In this document: positions 12,345-21,122 of the stretch, piece after piece | Position numbering within the stretch: position 1 is the stretch's first letter | Layout of the letters: every line of letters starts with the position of its first letter | Notes under the pieces: model-generated | The model's database searches: none | Told to the model about the DNA's origin: nothing | The model's input: only the letters and a program-made list of their open reading frames with translations | Assembly: GCA_965222605.1 (NCBI GenBank) | Contig: OZ244960.1 | Location: 288,001 to 352,000, forward strand | Source: Candidatus Latescibacterota bacterium | Lineage (GTDB): Bacteria > Latescibacterota > UBA2968 | Length of the DNA: 64,000 nt | Direction of reading: 5' to 3' | Position numbers and translations under genes: made by a program

Positions 12345-12375
12345 AAAAAACAACCCTTTTCTGCAAAAGGGATCG
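12345..12375 (-). terminator. Intrinsic terminator-like hairpin just upstream of tRNA-Gly
   Basis: Minus strand CGATCCCTTTT-GCAG-AAAAGGGTTG followed by TTTTTT. Confidence 0.6.
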
Positions 12376-12408
12376 GTATTGCCAAAAAATATTCTTCCGA
12401 GAATTAGC

Positions 12409-12437
12409 AAGATATGGAAAATACGGTCTAAGGTCAA
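12409..12437 (-). promoter_or_regulatory. sigma70-type promoter between tRNA-Tyr and tRNA-Gly
   Basis: TTGACC-N17-TATCTT on the minus strand. Confidence 0.6.
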
Positions 12438-12557
12438 GAGAATTTTGTATAAACTCAAACCTGTGATAGATCAACCCAAAATGGTAAGTCGGCATCTTTA
12501 ATAATGTAGGCAGGGCACGCCTGCTTTGGTATTGGAGGAAGAAACTATTGGAGATTT

Positions 12558-12643
12558 TGGTGGGGGGTGGCGGATTCGAACCACCGAAGGCATAAGCCAG
12601 CAGATTTACAGTCTGCCCCAGTTGGCCGCTTTGGTAACCCCCC
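12558..12643 (-). tRNA. tRNA-Tyr (GTA)
   Basis: GGGGGGTTACCAAAGCGGCCAACTGGGGCAGACTGTAAATCTGCTGGCTTATGCCTTCGGTGGTTCGAATCCGCCACCCCCCACCA; long variable arm. Confidence 0.96.
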
Positions 12644-12661
12644 AAATTGTACAGGCTTCGA

Positions 12662-12690
12662 AAAATACCAGAAGATATTTCGATAGTCAA
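12662..12690 (-). promoter_or_regulatory. sigma70-type promoter of tRNA-Tyr
   Basis: TTGACT-N17-TATTTT on the minus strand. Confidence 0.65.
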
Positions 12691-12719
12691 GACCAAAATC
12701 ACTCAGCGCCAATTGCAGA

Positions 12720-12748
12720 TTGACAAATCTGCCTACCTTTGCTATTTT
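12720..12748 (+). promoter_or_regulatory. sigma70-type promoter of the divergent isomerase gene
   Basis: TTGACA-N17-TATTTT. Confidence 0.65.
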
Positions 12749-12809
12749 CCGAGTTCAATTTTCCGCAGTTAATCTTCTCTTGTCAGATGCCTGTTGCGAA
12801 AGGAGCAAA

Positions 12810-13724
12810 ATGACCGACCCCATTCAAAACTATGCGCGTATTGGTATTGTTCACTTTATGGCCTATAAAGCCTGCATTGGCGGCGAGGGGCCCATTTTGG
12901 AAACCCTGGAAAAAATCGCCCTTGACCCCTATTTTCAGGTCGTTGAAGTCACCCACATGAAAGACCCGCAAGTGCGCGCACAAGCACGCGACTTGCTCAC
13001 CGCTGCCCACATGGATGTGGCTTTTGGAGCGCAACCCATTTTGCTCGGCAACCAGCTCAATATCAATGCCCCCGATATCGCCCACCGTCAAAGTGCTGTT
13101 GACGCCGTCAAAGCGGGAATTGACCAGGCCGAAGAACTTGGTGCCCCAGGGTGTGCCCTGCTTTCAGGCGTAGATCCAGGTCCCGAAGGCCGCGAAGAAG
13201 GTCTCGACCTGCTGGTAGATTCTTTGAGCCAACTCTGCGAGTATGCCGGCGAAAAAAATATGGACATTGTACTTGAAACCTTTGACCGTGTACCTTACGG
13301 GAAAAATTGTATTGTGGGACCTAACGCTCTCGCCGTTGAAGTCTCAAACCGCCTCAGACGCCAGTATCCCAATTTTGGCCTGATGCTCGATTTGAGCCAT
13401 TTCCCACTTCAGGATGAAGGCACAGTTTACGCCATCAACATCGCACGGGATCACATCGTCCACATGCATGTTGGCAATTGCGTGATGTCCAACCCCGATC
13501 ATCCGGCCTATGGCGATAACCATCCCCGCTTTGGCTGCGAAGATGGCGAAAACGATGTACCCGAAGTTGTAGAATTTCTCCGCGAACTGCTCAATATCGG
13601 TTATCTCGACCCCGATAAGCGTCCCATCCTGAGCTTTGAAGTCTCTCCGATGGAAGGAGAATCTTCGGAAATCATTATTGCCAATGCCAAGCGCGTGCTC
13701 GACGAGGCCTGGGCGCAAGTCTAA
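12810..13724 (+). CDS. Sugar phosphate isomerase/epimerase (xylose-isomerase-like TIM barrel)
   Basis: Metal-ligand pattern LETFD...LDLSH...HMHVGN...HP...SFEV; AGGAG Shine-Dalgarno before ATG 12810. Confidence 0.8.
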   Translation: MTDPIQNYARIGIVHFMAYKACIGGEGPILETLEKIALDPYFQVVEVTHMKDPQVRAQARDLLTAAHMDVAFGAQPILLGNQLNINAPDIAHRQSAVDAVKAGIDQAEELGAPGCALLSGVDPGPEGREEGLDLLVDSLSQLCEYAGEKNMDIVLETFDRVPYGKNCIVGPNALAVEVSNRLRRQYPNFGLMLDLSHFPLQDEGTVYAINIARDHIVHMHVGNCVMSNPDHPAYGDNHPRFGCEDGENDVPEVVEFLRELLNIGYLDPDKRPILSFEVSPMEGESSEIIIANAKRVLDEAWAQV

Positions 13725-13742
13725 ACGCGCGCTCAAACTACA

Positions 13743-13783
13743 ATAGCCGGACATTTCCTTTTCGGAAAGCCCGGCTATTTTTT
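13743..13783 (+). terminator. Intrinsic terminator between convergent genes
   Basis: ATAGCCGG...CCGGCTAT stem followed by a T tract. Confidence 0.75.
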
Positions 13784-13799
13784 ATTAACCACGAGACGT

Positions 13800-14558
13800 T
13801 CAATTCCAATATTCACTTTGTGCAGGTGGTCCAGACCTTAATGCACTGCGAATCAACAGGCCCAAAACCCGGGTAAACACCACCATCAAAAAAAAATTAA
13901 ACATCGAAGCCAGCACCAAACCCACCCAGGACAAATGTCCCAATATCAAACTGCCGAGCAGAGATATCCCAAACAGACCAAAACACGCTTGAACGTAGTC
14001 TGCCCGAAAAATCTGGCGCAAATCCCGCCAAACAGGCCCCGGCTCAAATGCCATCCACACACGCCCGTTGGCGGCAAATCGCGTAAATACAATGGGGAAA
14101 AAACCGTGAAAAAAGATGACCATAAGTGTAAACAACAGCAACAGAGGCCCGGCTTCTTCTACAGAACTCGGTATCAAACCCAATACCGAAATCACCATTG
14201 AAAAACTCGCAAATCCAATGACGCTATATCCCAGGACAATGAGGAACAACCAAAATCCCGCTAATCCATAAGCCCACCAATTGCCCCACGAAGGCAAGTT
14301 CAGCGATTCAGTACCGTTGAGCGCATCGACAAAAATCCGGTATAAGTAACCCCAGGTAATGAACAAAAGTCCAAAGGTTACAATCAACAACACGATCCCC
14401 ATCTCAAGCCCAATTTGCCCAGTGAGAATCAGACTCAGCACCAGCGCGGGTAGCAAATTTAATACACCGCCAGGGACAATTTTTTGCCACCAGCCAGGCG
14501 CCTGAAACACAGTTCGGAGTGTGTTAAATAAAATAATGCCAAACATAGCTTTCCACAT
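13800..14558 (-). CDS. Multi-pass membrane protein, DUF4013-like
   Basis: About 6 hydrophobic segments with the WGY..RI...LPSWGNW...G pattern; ATG 1 nt after the metB stop. Confidence 0.6.
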   Translation of the reverse strand: MWKAMFGIILFNTLRTVFQAPGWWQKIVPGGVLNLLPALVLSLILTGQIGLEMGIVLLIVTFGLLFITWGYLYRIFVDALNGTESLNLPSWGNWWAYGLAGFWLFLIVLGYSVIGFASFSMVISVLGLIPSSVEEAGPLLLLFTLMVIFFHGFFPIVFTRFAANGRVWMAFEPGPVWRDLRQIFRADYVQACFGLFGISLLGSLILGHLSWVGLVLASMFNFFLMVVFTRVLGLLIRSALRSGPPAQSEYWN

Positions 14559-14559
14559 G

Positions 14560-15753
14560 TTAGACTGCGTCGAGCGCCCGTCCAACATCGGCGACAATAT
14601 CCTCAGCGTCTTCAATTCCCACGGCATAGCGCACCAACTCATCGGCAATGCCAATTGCCAATCGATCTTCGCGCGTCAACTCGTAATACGAAATAGATGC
14701 GGGATGCGAAACGAGGCTCTCTACACCTCCCAGACTGGCCCCGATACACGGGATTTGCAAGCGGTCAATAAAATCCAGGGTACCCGCCTCATCCGCATCT
14801 AAATCAAAACTCACCAGCCCACCAAATCCACGCATCTGCGCTTTGGCAACACTGTTGTGTGGATGGCTTTCCAAACCGGGATAATACACGCGCTTTACCC
14901 GATCGTGCTTTTCCAAAAACCGCGCCAACATTAGCGCCGTTTCATTTTGCTTACCCATTCGCAGTGGAAAAGTCTTGATCCCCCGGATCAGCAAATAAGC
15001 ACAATGCGGATCAATCACCCCTCCCAAAATACCTCGATAGTCTCGAATCGCATCAACAAGGGGCGCATTACCCAGCACAGCGCCAGCCATCAAATCGTTG
15101 TGCCCTCCCAAATACTTGGTCGCCGAATGAATGACCAGATCGACGCCAAATTCGAGCGGGCGCTGGTTTAAGGGCGTGGCAAATGTGCTGTCAATAATCG
15201 TCTTTACCCGATGCCTTTTTCCAATGTCAACCAGCTTTTCGAGATCGATCACATTGAGATGTGGATTTGTCGGAGATTCGGAAATAATCACCCGCGTGTT
15301 ATCCTTGATCGCGCCTTCCAATTCGGCGTAATCACCTGCGTGAACAAATGTGGTTTCAATGCCAAATTTTTTTAACACCATCTGGCAAAATTGTGCGGTC
15401 TTGCGATAGCAGTCGTCCATAATCACCGCGTGGTGCCCGGTTGACAGCATACCCAGAAGCGTGGTTGTCACAGCACTCATACCCGACGAAAATAAAATAG
15501 CGGCCTCTGCGCCTTCCAATTCTGCCAGCTTGGATTCTGCGGCATGCTGTGTTGGATTGCCGTAGCGCCCATAGTCAATCTGTGGGTTTTTGCCCGCCAC
15601 AAACGCTTTAACCGCTTGCGTATCTTCAAATACATAAGTCGATGTCTGCACAATGGGCACTGTCAGAGATTTTCCCCAGTGTCCTCTTTCTTCACCTGCA
15701 TGTACAGCCCGTGTCCCGGAACAGGGCGCGTGCGTTTCGCACTTTTCAGACAT
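14560..15753 (-). CDS. metB: Cystathionine gamma-synthase (plant-type trans-sulfuration PLP enzyme)
   Basis: YGRYGNPT, ESPTNP, IDSTFATP, HSATKYLGGHND (PLP lysine), SLGGVESLV; GGAG Shine-Dalgarno. Confidence 0.85.
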   Translation of the reverse strand: MSEKCETHAPCSGTRAVHAGEERGHWGKSLTVPIVQTSTYVFEDTQAVKAFVAGKNPQIDYGRYGNPTQHAAESKLAELEGAEAAILFSSGMSAVTTTLLGMLSTGHHAVIMDDCYRKTAQFCQMVLKKFGIETTFVHAGDYAELEGAIKDNTRVIISESPTNPHLNVIDLEKLVDIGKRHRVKTIIDSTFATPLNQRPLEFGVDLVIHSATKYLGGHNDLMAGAVLGNAPLVDAIRDYRGILGGVIDPHCAYLLIRGIKTFPLRMGKQNETALMLARFLEKHDRVKRVYYPGLESHPHNSVAKAQMRGFGGLVSFDLDADEAGTLDFIDRLQIPCIGASLGGVESLVSHPASISYYELTREDRLAIGIADELVRYAVGIEDAEDIVADVGRALDAV

Positions 15754-15764
15754 GCGCCATCTCC

Positions 15765-15793
15765 AAAAAAAAGCGGAGCCACAAAAGCTCCGC
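15765..15793 (-). terminator. Second terminator hairpin of the metB leader
   Basis: GCGGAGC-TTTTGTG-GCTCCGC followed by T8, directly abutting the GGAG ribosome-binding site. Confidence 0.75.
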
Positions 15794-15802
15794 GCAGTAC
15801 GC

Positions 15803-15827
15803 AAAAAAACCGGACTAAAAAGCCCGG
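15803..15827 (-). terminator. First terminator hairpin of the metB leader
   Basis: CCGGGCT-TTTT-AGTCCGG followed by T7. Confidence 0.75.
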
Positions 15828-15840
15828 AATTTGGAATAAC

Positions 15841-15890
15841 TTTTTAGCGACTTGTTTAAAGTGGCTGCAATATGCCGCAAATCACCACTC
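15841..15890 (-). ncRNA. SAM-II (SAM_alpha-type) riboswitch
   Basis: GAGTGGTGATTTGCGGCATATTGCAGCCACTTTAAACAAGTCGCTAAAAA matches the SAM-II pattern GTGG-TGATTTG...TTGCAG-CCAC...TAAACAAGTCGCTAAA and sits upstream of a methionine biosynthesis gene. Confidence 0.9.
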
Positions 15891-15909
15891 GCCATAGCTG
15901 TGTTTGAGA

Positions 15910-15938
15910 AATATAACCAAAACTCCCAACCCTGTCAA
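15910..15938 (-). promoter_or_regulatory. sigma70 promoter of the riboswitch-metB transcript
   Basis: TTGACA-N17-TATATT immediately after the thrC stop. Confidence 0.8.
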
Positions 15939-17303
15939 CTATCGGTTGCCTTCAATCCGGTCGAGAATCGCCTTTTTGACAGCATCAACTTTGGGCGGCA
16001 ACACAACGGGTTCATTGCAGTAATGCGGACTTACGCCCCAGTCCTGTAACTGATCTCGATGATACCCGAGCTTAAACTCGGTAAACTTCAATCCGTGAGC
16101 CGTTGAAATCACAACCACGCGATCGCTTTTCTGAATCACACCCCTGTCAGCCAACTTGAACAATGCCGCGAAAGCCACCCCTGTGTGCGGGCATGCAAAC
16201 AAACCCGTGCGATCGGCACGCGCAGCCGCATCGGCCAATTCTTGCTCACTGGCTTGCTCTACGACGCCGCCAAATATTTTGAGCGTTTTGATCGCTTTTT
16301 CCCGACTCACCGGATTGCCAATTTGGATCGCACTGGCCAATGTGGGCTGTGCCTGAATCGGTTCAAAACTATCGAAATTCTTTTCAAAACTACGGTAGAG
16401 CGGATTTGCCATATTGGTCTGTGCGACTACAATACGCGGCAGCCGATCAATTAGCCCAAGTGCTTCCATTTCGAGAAAACCCTTGCCGAGCGCACTCACA
16501 TTGCCCAGATTTCCGCCGGGAATCACAACCCAATCGGGCACTTCCCAATCAAATTGCTGTACCAACTCGATGCTGATTGTTTTTTGCCCCTCTACCCGCA
16601 GTGAATTCATCGAATTGGCCAAATAGATATTTTCCTCGTGGCAAATCTCCTGCACGAGTCTCATACATCCATCAAAGTCGGTCTCCAAACTCAGCACCAG
16701 CGCACCATTGGCCAAGGGCTGCAAAAGTTGTGCAGTCGAAATTTTGTCCCTCGGCAAAAAGACCACCGACTGTATGCCCGCCGCCGCACAATACGCAGCC
16801 AATGCCGCCGAGGTGTCTCCAGTAGATGCACAGGCAACCGCAGGAATACGCGCCCCCTCAAACAGCATCTGTTTCACCATCGACACCAGCACGGTCATGC
16901 CCAAATCTTTGAATGATCCCGTATGGCTATTGCCGCATTGCTTAACCCACAAATCCTCAACCCCAATTTCTCTGCCCAAACGCTCGGCCCAAAACAGATT
17001 GCTTCCCCCTTCGTACATCGACACCACATTGTCTTCGTGAACTACGGGACAGACCAGTTCTTTTTTTCCCCATACAGAACTGCCATAAGGCCATCTCGTA
17101 GTCATATAACGCTTATCAAATAACCCGCGCCAATAACTGCTCGACTTGCGTTTGAGCACCTCCATATCGTGCGCCACTTCGAGCAACTCCCCGCACTTTG
17201 GACATGCGTAAATCACATCTGTCAACGCATATCGCCCCTCACACCCGCGAAAACACCGAAACCACGCATTGTAAGTTGTATCATTCATATTTTCGTTACG
17301 CAT
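15939..17303 (-). CDS. thrC: Threonine synthase (plant-like clade)
   Basis: [10 protein letters not shown] (PLP lysine), [39 protein letters not shown]; start may be 17303 or 17288. Confidence 0.92.
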   Translation of the reverse strand: MRNENMNDTTYNAWFRCFRGCEGRYALTDVIYACPKCGELLEVAHDMEVLKRKSSSYWRGLFDKRYMTTRWPYGSSVWGKKELVCPVVHEDNVVSMYEGGSNLFWAERLGREIGVEDLWVKQCGNSHTGSFKDLGMTVLVSMVKQMLFEGARIPAVACASTGDTSAALAAYCAAAGIQSVVFLPRDKISTAQLLQPLANGALVLSLETDFDGCMRLVQEICHEENIYLANSMNSLRVEGQKTISIELVQQFDWEVPDWVVIPGGNLGNVSALGKGFLEMEALGLIDRLPRIVVAQTNMANPLYRSFEKNFDSFEPIQAQPTLASAIQIGNPVSREKAIKTLKIFGGVVEQASEQELADAAARADRTGLFACPHTGVAFAALFKLADRGVIQKSDRVVVISTAHGLKFTEFKLGYHRDQLQDWGVSPHYCNEPVVLPPKVDAVKKAILDRIEGNR

Positions 17304-17361
17304 TATGACAAAACCCAGCACAAATGCACCAAACTCGCCAACACTACCACATATCACAGAG

Positions 17362-17622
17362 TTATTCTAATGGAGCTATTTTGCCTGGATCCTCTAAATC
17401 TTGTACTCTTTCCCAGGCTACCCGCAATTCCGCTTGATGCAAAGACGCCCAGCGAAGCACAAGTCGTTGCTCTCTTGTCGGTAAGAATCCTTTTAGTATT
17501 TCAAGAGTTTCAATTCCGATAACAGCCTGATTACCACCATACAGTGCGTGAAAATGCGCTGGCGGATGTTCTCTAAAATGAATTTGGATAATAATTCCGT
17601 AAAAGCGACAAAGTTCAGGCAT
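17362..17622 (-). CDS. DUF4160 family protein (putative toxin)
   Basis: [12 protein letters not shown]...EHPPAHFHA...GFLP...WASLHQAEL...W...KIAPL. Confidence 0.85.
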   Translation of the reverse strand: MPELCRFYGIIIQIHFREHPPAHFHALYGGNQAVIGIETLEILKGFLPTREQRLVLRWASLHQAELRVAWERVQDLEDPGKIAPLE

Positions 17623-17899
17623 TCTCAATCGCAACTTGTGCGCCCGGCATCACTTCGTCCACAGACTTGCCCGTGAGTTCCATATATAGCGCGTCAGAAC
17701 AAATATCCAGATCATCGCCCCAAGCTATTGCACCTCCTTCTGCCACTCGCACAGCTTCGAAGAATGCGCGGTCATTCCAGGCTGCAAACACGCCACGTCC
17801 AGCCATATCTGATAAGTCTATCTGACCCTCAATTCCATCCGAATAGCGCACCCAGATGCAATAACCATCACGCGGTTCCACTGCAATTGGTCGTATCAT
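17615..17899 (-). CDS. DUF2442 family protein (putative antitoxin)
   Basis: VEPRDGYCIWVRYSDGIEGQIDL...GVF...F..V...GAIAWGDDLDICSDALY. Confidence 0.85.
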   Translation of the reverse strand: MIRPIAVEPRDGYCIWVRYSDGIEGQIDLSDMAGRGVFAAWNDRAFFEAVRVAEGGAIAWGDDLDICSDALYMELTGKSVDEVMPGAQVAIENA

Positions 17900-17935
17900 T
17901 GCACTTCTCCTTTTGCTACCGTGTCAATTATCCCA

Positions 17936-17974
17936 ACAAACAAAAGTGTAGCAACAACGCGATTTTGTCAACCG
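17936..17974 (-). repeat. 39-bp duplicated promoter-like block, copy 1
   Basis: ACAAACAAAAGTGTAGCAACAACGCGATTTTGTCAACCG; 38/39 identical to 18677-18715; contains TTGACA on the minus strand. Confidence 0.9.
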
Positions 17975-18050
17975 CATCAAACGTTTTTTTGTAATTGGTC
18001 ACCTCGCACAGAGTTGTCCATGCACTTAACCAATGGTTACAAGGTTTCTC

Positions 18051-18302
18051 CTATTTATGCCACATTTCTTTTCGGACTTCAGCTATATATCGAGCGGTTA
18101 TTGGCGTTATCTGATCCCACAGGCCTTCGGGATTAAAGAGCTTGCCTTGATCAGATTCAGACGAACCTGGTGCATTTGCCATAGGAACGAGTTGAAAGGC
18201 CGAACCATCTTCCTGCGTAATAACCACTTTCTCCCCATTGGCCGCTTCTTTGACCAATGCAGCAAGACAGTTTTCCGCTTCTGTAAGATCAATTTTGTGC
18301 AT
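18051..18302 (-). CDS. Phd/YefM-like antitoxin with no adjacent toxin
   Basis: MHKIDLTEAENCLAALVKEAANGEKVVIT, a Phd-type N-terminus. Confidence 0.7.
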   Translation of the reverse strand: MHKIDLTEAENCLAALVKEAANGEKVVITQEDGSAFQLVPMANAPGSSESDQGKLFNPEGLWDQITPITARYIAEVRKEMWHK

Positions 18303-18380
18303 GTTTTTCGCCCCTTTGGTGTTCATTATTGCTTCTAACGACTGAGCGCAGTTCTCATGTGATTTTAGCAGAGGGGATGA

Positions 18381-18641
18381 CTATAGATTCCTGGCACTGG
18401 AAATATCCTTTGCCAATTCTTCTGCAGTAAGATTGATAGGGGATGCCTGGTAGGACTTTAAAGCATCTAAGAACACAACGCGCTCCATGCCCGCAAACCG
18501 AGCCGCCTGGCCCGATGACAAACGTCCGAGTTCAAACAGTTTGACGGCGATGAGCATTCGGCCTTGTTCGGCGAATTGTTCAGGCGTTTCACTGAGGGTC
18601 TGCAGAATATCATCTGGACATTCAAATGTGACTTTTAACAT
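18381..18641 (-). CDS. UPF0175 family protein (putative antitoxin)
   Basis: AVKLFELGRLSSGQAARFAGMERVVFL...EELAKD. Confidence 0.85.
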   Translation of the reverse strand: MLKVTFECPDDILQTLSETPEQFAEQGRMLIAVKLFELGRLSSGQAARFAGMERVVFLDALKSYQASPINLTAEELAKDISSARNL

Positions 18642-18676
18642 GTGCGCTCCGTTCTATCCATATTTGAATTACCCTT

Positions 18677-18715
18677 ACAAACAAAAGTGTAGCAACAACG
18701 CCATTTTGTCAACCG
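18677..18715 (-). repeat. 39-bp duplicated promoter-like block, copy 2
   Basis: ACAAACAAAAGTGTAGCAACAACGCCATTTTGTCAACCG. Confidence 0.9.
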
Positions 18716-18820
18716 GATTTCAAAACATTATCAGGATGTGCAGAGCCTGCACTGGAAGGATTTTATCCAGTGATGTAAGGATAGACAGCCCACCCGCCCA
18801 GGCCCCCCAGCCGAAACCCT

Positions 18821-19046
18821 TGTCAGAATCAGGATGGGCAGGATGTAAGGATGGGCAGGATACCCGCCCGCCCCCCAAGCCACCCATTCAAAACCCATCC
18901 CACACATGCTGTCACAGCCTTGCCCTTTTTATAGCAAAACACCCTGCCCTCAAACTTGCAAACACAGCGAGTCAAAGCACCGCCTTTCATCCTGTTCATC
19001 TTCTCATCCTGTTCATCTTCTCATCCTGTAAATCCTGATTCAGACA
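18821..19046. repeat. MITE/REP-like element with 15-bp terminal inverted repeats and internal (C)AGGATG/CATCCTG repeats
   Basis: TGTCAGAATCAGGAT at 18821-18835 and ATCCTGATTCAGACA at 19032-19046 (14/15 match); internal 18-bp tandem units. Confidence 0.75.
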
Positions 19047-19084
19047 GTGGTTACCCATTCGTAAGCCGGTCAGCTATTGCCATT

Positions 19085-20008
19085 TCACCGCAGTTTAAGA
19101 ATCGTTTGAATAAGGGCAAAAAGCCGATGAAAGAGATAATCGACATGTTCACTTCTGGCGAGTCGCTCTTGATTCCTTTCGGAATGGCGTATTTGAAAGT
19201 GATTGCCTATCCTCGTTAGTTCGTTGGCCTCCCTCTCCAATGCTTCTCGGAACTTAGGAGAGGATGAGCCAGCAGTTTGGTCAAGAAGAGACTTGATTTG
19301 CGTCTTCTTATCTGACCCATCGCCCAACGTCTTTAGTCTCTCCCACGCATCCCACAGGGAGTCTAAGGCTTCGCGCCGTATCGCCTCGTTGGGATTGATA
19401 AATTTGCACCGCGCTGTTTCTAACATACGATCAAGGTCGGCATCGCCTGTGTGAGACTGAGCCGAAGCAAGTTCCTCACGTAGTTCTATAGGCACAAGTC
19501 GTTCGATATGACCGTGCTCTGTCAGTTCGTAGGCGAGACCGTTACAGCGAAATATCCGATTGATATCATCTCGAAATACGTCTTGGCCTGCCTCGATATC
19601 GAAGTCCAGATGCTGGTGTTTAAAATGCTTGTGATATTCTTGTCGAATGGGCTTGCCAATACACCGCCAGCAGAACTCAATCATGTCGAGGATATCCAGG
19701 GTTCGCTGCGGCTTTTCGTTCCAAGGATGGTACTCCTGCTCCTGCAAATTTGGGATATCGGCTCGCATGGCCTGTTCAAACGCACCCTCATTGGTGCCTG
19801 TGATTCCTCCACCGTCAGGGCAGATTGTTGGATAGCTTGTACCAAATGAACCGTCACCAATCCGTGCCTGAATAAGTGCTTGGATACCGCCCCATGCATT
19901 GTCGCCGATTTCCTCGTTCTCTCGGGAAATTTCCCCCTCTTCTCGCTCACTAAAATATGTCATGGGGGTAGGCTCCTTTATCCCGAATATATCCTTAAAT
20001 TTAGGCAT
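19085..20008 (-). CDS. AbiJ-related putative abortive-infection protein with a HEPN-like C-terminus
   Basis: YFSERE...W.GI N-terminal domain; C-terminal LWDAWERLKT...LTRIGNHFQIRHSE. Confidence 0.6.
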   Translation of the reverse strand: MPKFKDIFGIKEPTPMTYFSEREEGEISRENEEIGDNAWGGIQALIQARIGDGSFGTSYPTICPDGGGITGTNEGAFEQAMRADIPNLQEQEYHPWNEKPQRTLDILDMIEFCWRCIGKPIRQEYHKHFKHQHLDFDIEAGQDVFRDDINRIFRCNGLAYELTEHGHIERLVPIELREELASAQSHTGDADLDRMLETARCKFINPNEAIRREALDSLWDAWERLKTLGDGSDKKTQIKSLLDQTAGSSSPKFREALEREANELTRIGNHFQIRHSERNQERLARSEHVDYLFHRLFALIQTILKLR

Positions 20009-20083
20009 GATATTATCATCCTCGTTGATCTGTTTTCTGCAATAACACTGTGAACAATTTTAGATGTCACCAAGAGGCACGAT

Positions 20084-21122
20084 CTATGTCCCTTCCTTAC
20101 CGAAGTTGCTGGCAAAGATCAGAGAATCGCCGATTCCAATGGTGTTATCGCCATCCAGATCATACCGTGCGTCATATCCTTTATCACCTTGACTTAACCC
20201 GAACTGTGCTACAAATAGCAAAAAATCGGTAATATTAACAGTACCATCGCCATTAAAGTCGGGATTAGGGGTTTGACGTTTGGTATAAGACGACATATCC
20301 CACATAATAATCGTACCATTCCCATCCCAAGACCCTGCCCCCGAAGCAAGGGTTGTCCCATCGGGCGAAAATGACACAAAAAAGATAGGCTGAGCATGAC
20401 CAGAGGGTTGATCGGCAATCCAAGGACTATCATAGGTTGAAGAAATATTATCTATGTGTCTATAGGTCGCGATATTTTGTCCTGTCGCCACGTCCCACAG
20501 CTTGACTGCGTTATCCCATGACCCTGAGACATTATCCTCTGCCCCAGAAACAAGGACTGCCCCATCGGGTGAAAATGCCACTGAACGGACCGAAGACCTA
20601 TGTCCCTCAAACGTGGCGATATTTGTTCGCGTCGCTACATCCCACAGAATGACCGTTTCATCATCTGACCCAGAGGCGAGCGTTTTACCATCAGGTGAAA
20701 ATACCACAGAGTTGACACGCCCATTATGTCCCTCAAGTGTAGCTATGATCTCTCTTGTCGCTACATCCCACAACCTAACCGCGGCTGCATCCACTGAACT
20801 ATTTCCACCCCATGATCCCGTTGCAAGGGTCTTGCCATTGGGCGAGAATGCAACCGACTCAACCCAGTGCTCATGTGCAAATGTGGCGATATTTGTTTGC
20901 GTCGCCACATCCCACAACTTAACCTCCCCAAATGAACACGAAGCGAGGGTCATCCCATCTGGTGAGAACGCCACCGAACTTACAAAATGCCTATGCCCTG
21001 AAAGTGCAATGATATCGCGTCCTGTCGCCACATCCCACAGCTTAACCGCTCTATCATTCGATCCTGCAGCGAGTATGTTGCCATCGGGTGAAAATGCCAT
21101 TGTGCTATCCTGTGCCCCTGAA
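20084..21122 (-). pseudogene. WD40-repeat protein with a C-terminal dockerin/EF-hand-like module; N-terminus truncated
   Basis: About 6 repeats of V.SVAFSPDG.TLASG..D..VKLWDV; C-terminal DFNGDGTVNITDFLLF...DLDGDNTIGIGD; starts mid-repeat (ASGAQD) with no signal peptide. Confidence 0.75.

Noticed and set aside
15754-15804. N-terminal extension of MetB as an MTO1-like arrest peptide
   Set aside because: The extension is read from terminator 2, has no ribosome-binding site, and does not resemble MTO1; GGAG supports ATG 15753.
18487-19219. Plus-strand ORFs 18487-19038 and 18956-19219
   Set aside because: They read through the MITE-like repeat (HPVHLLILF/HPVNPDSD) and antisense to real genes.
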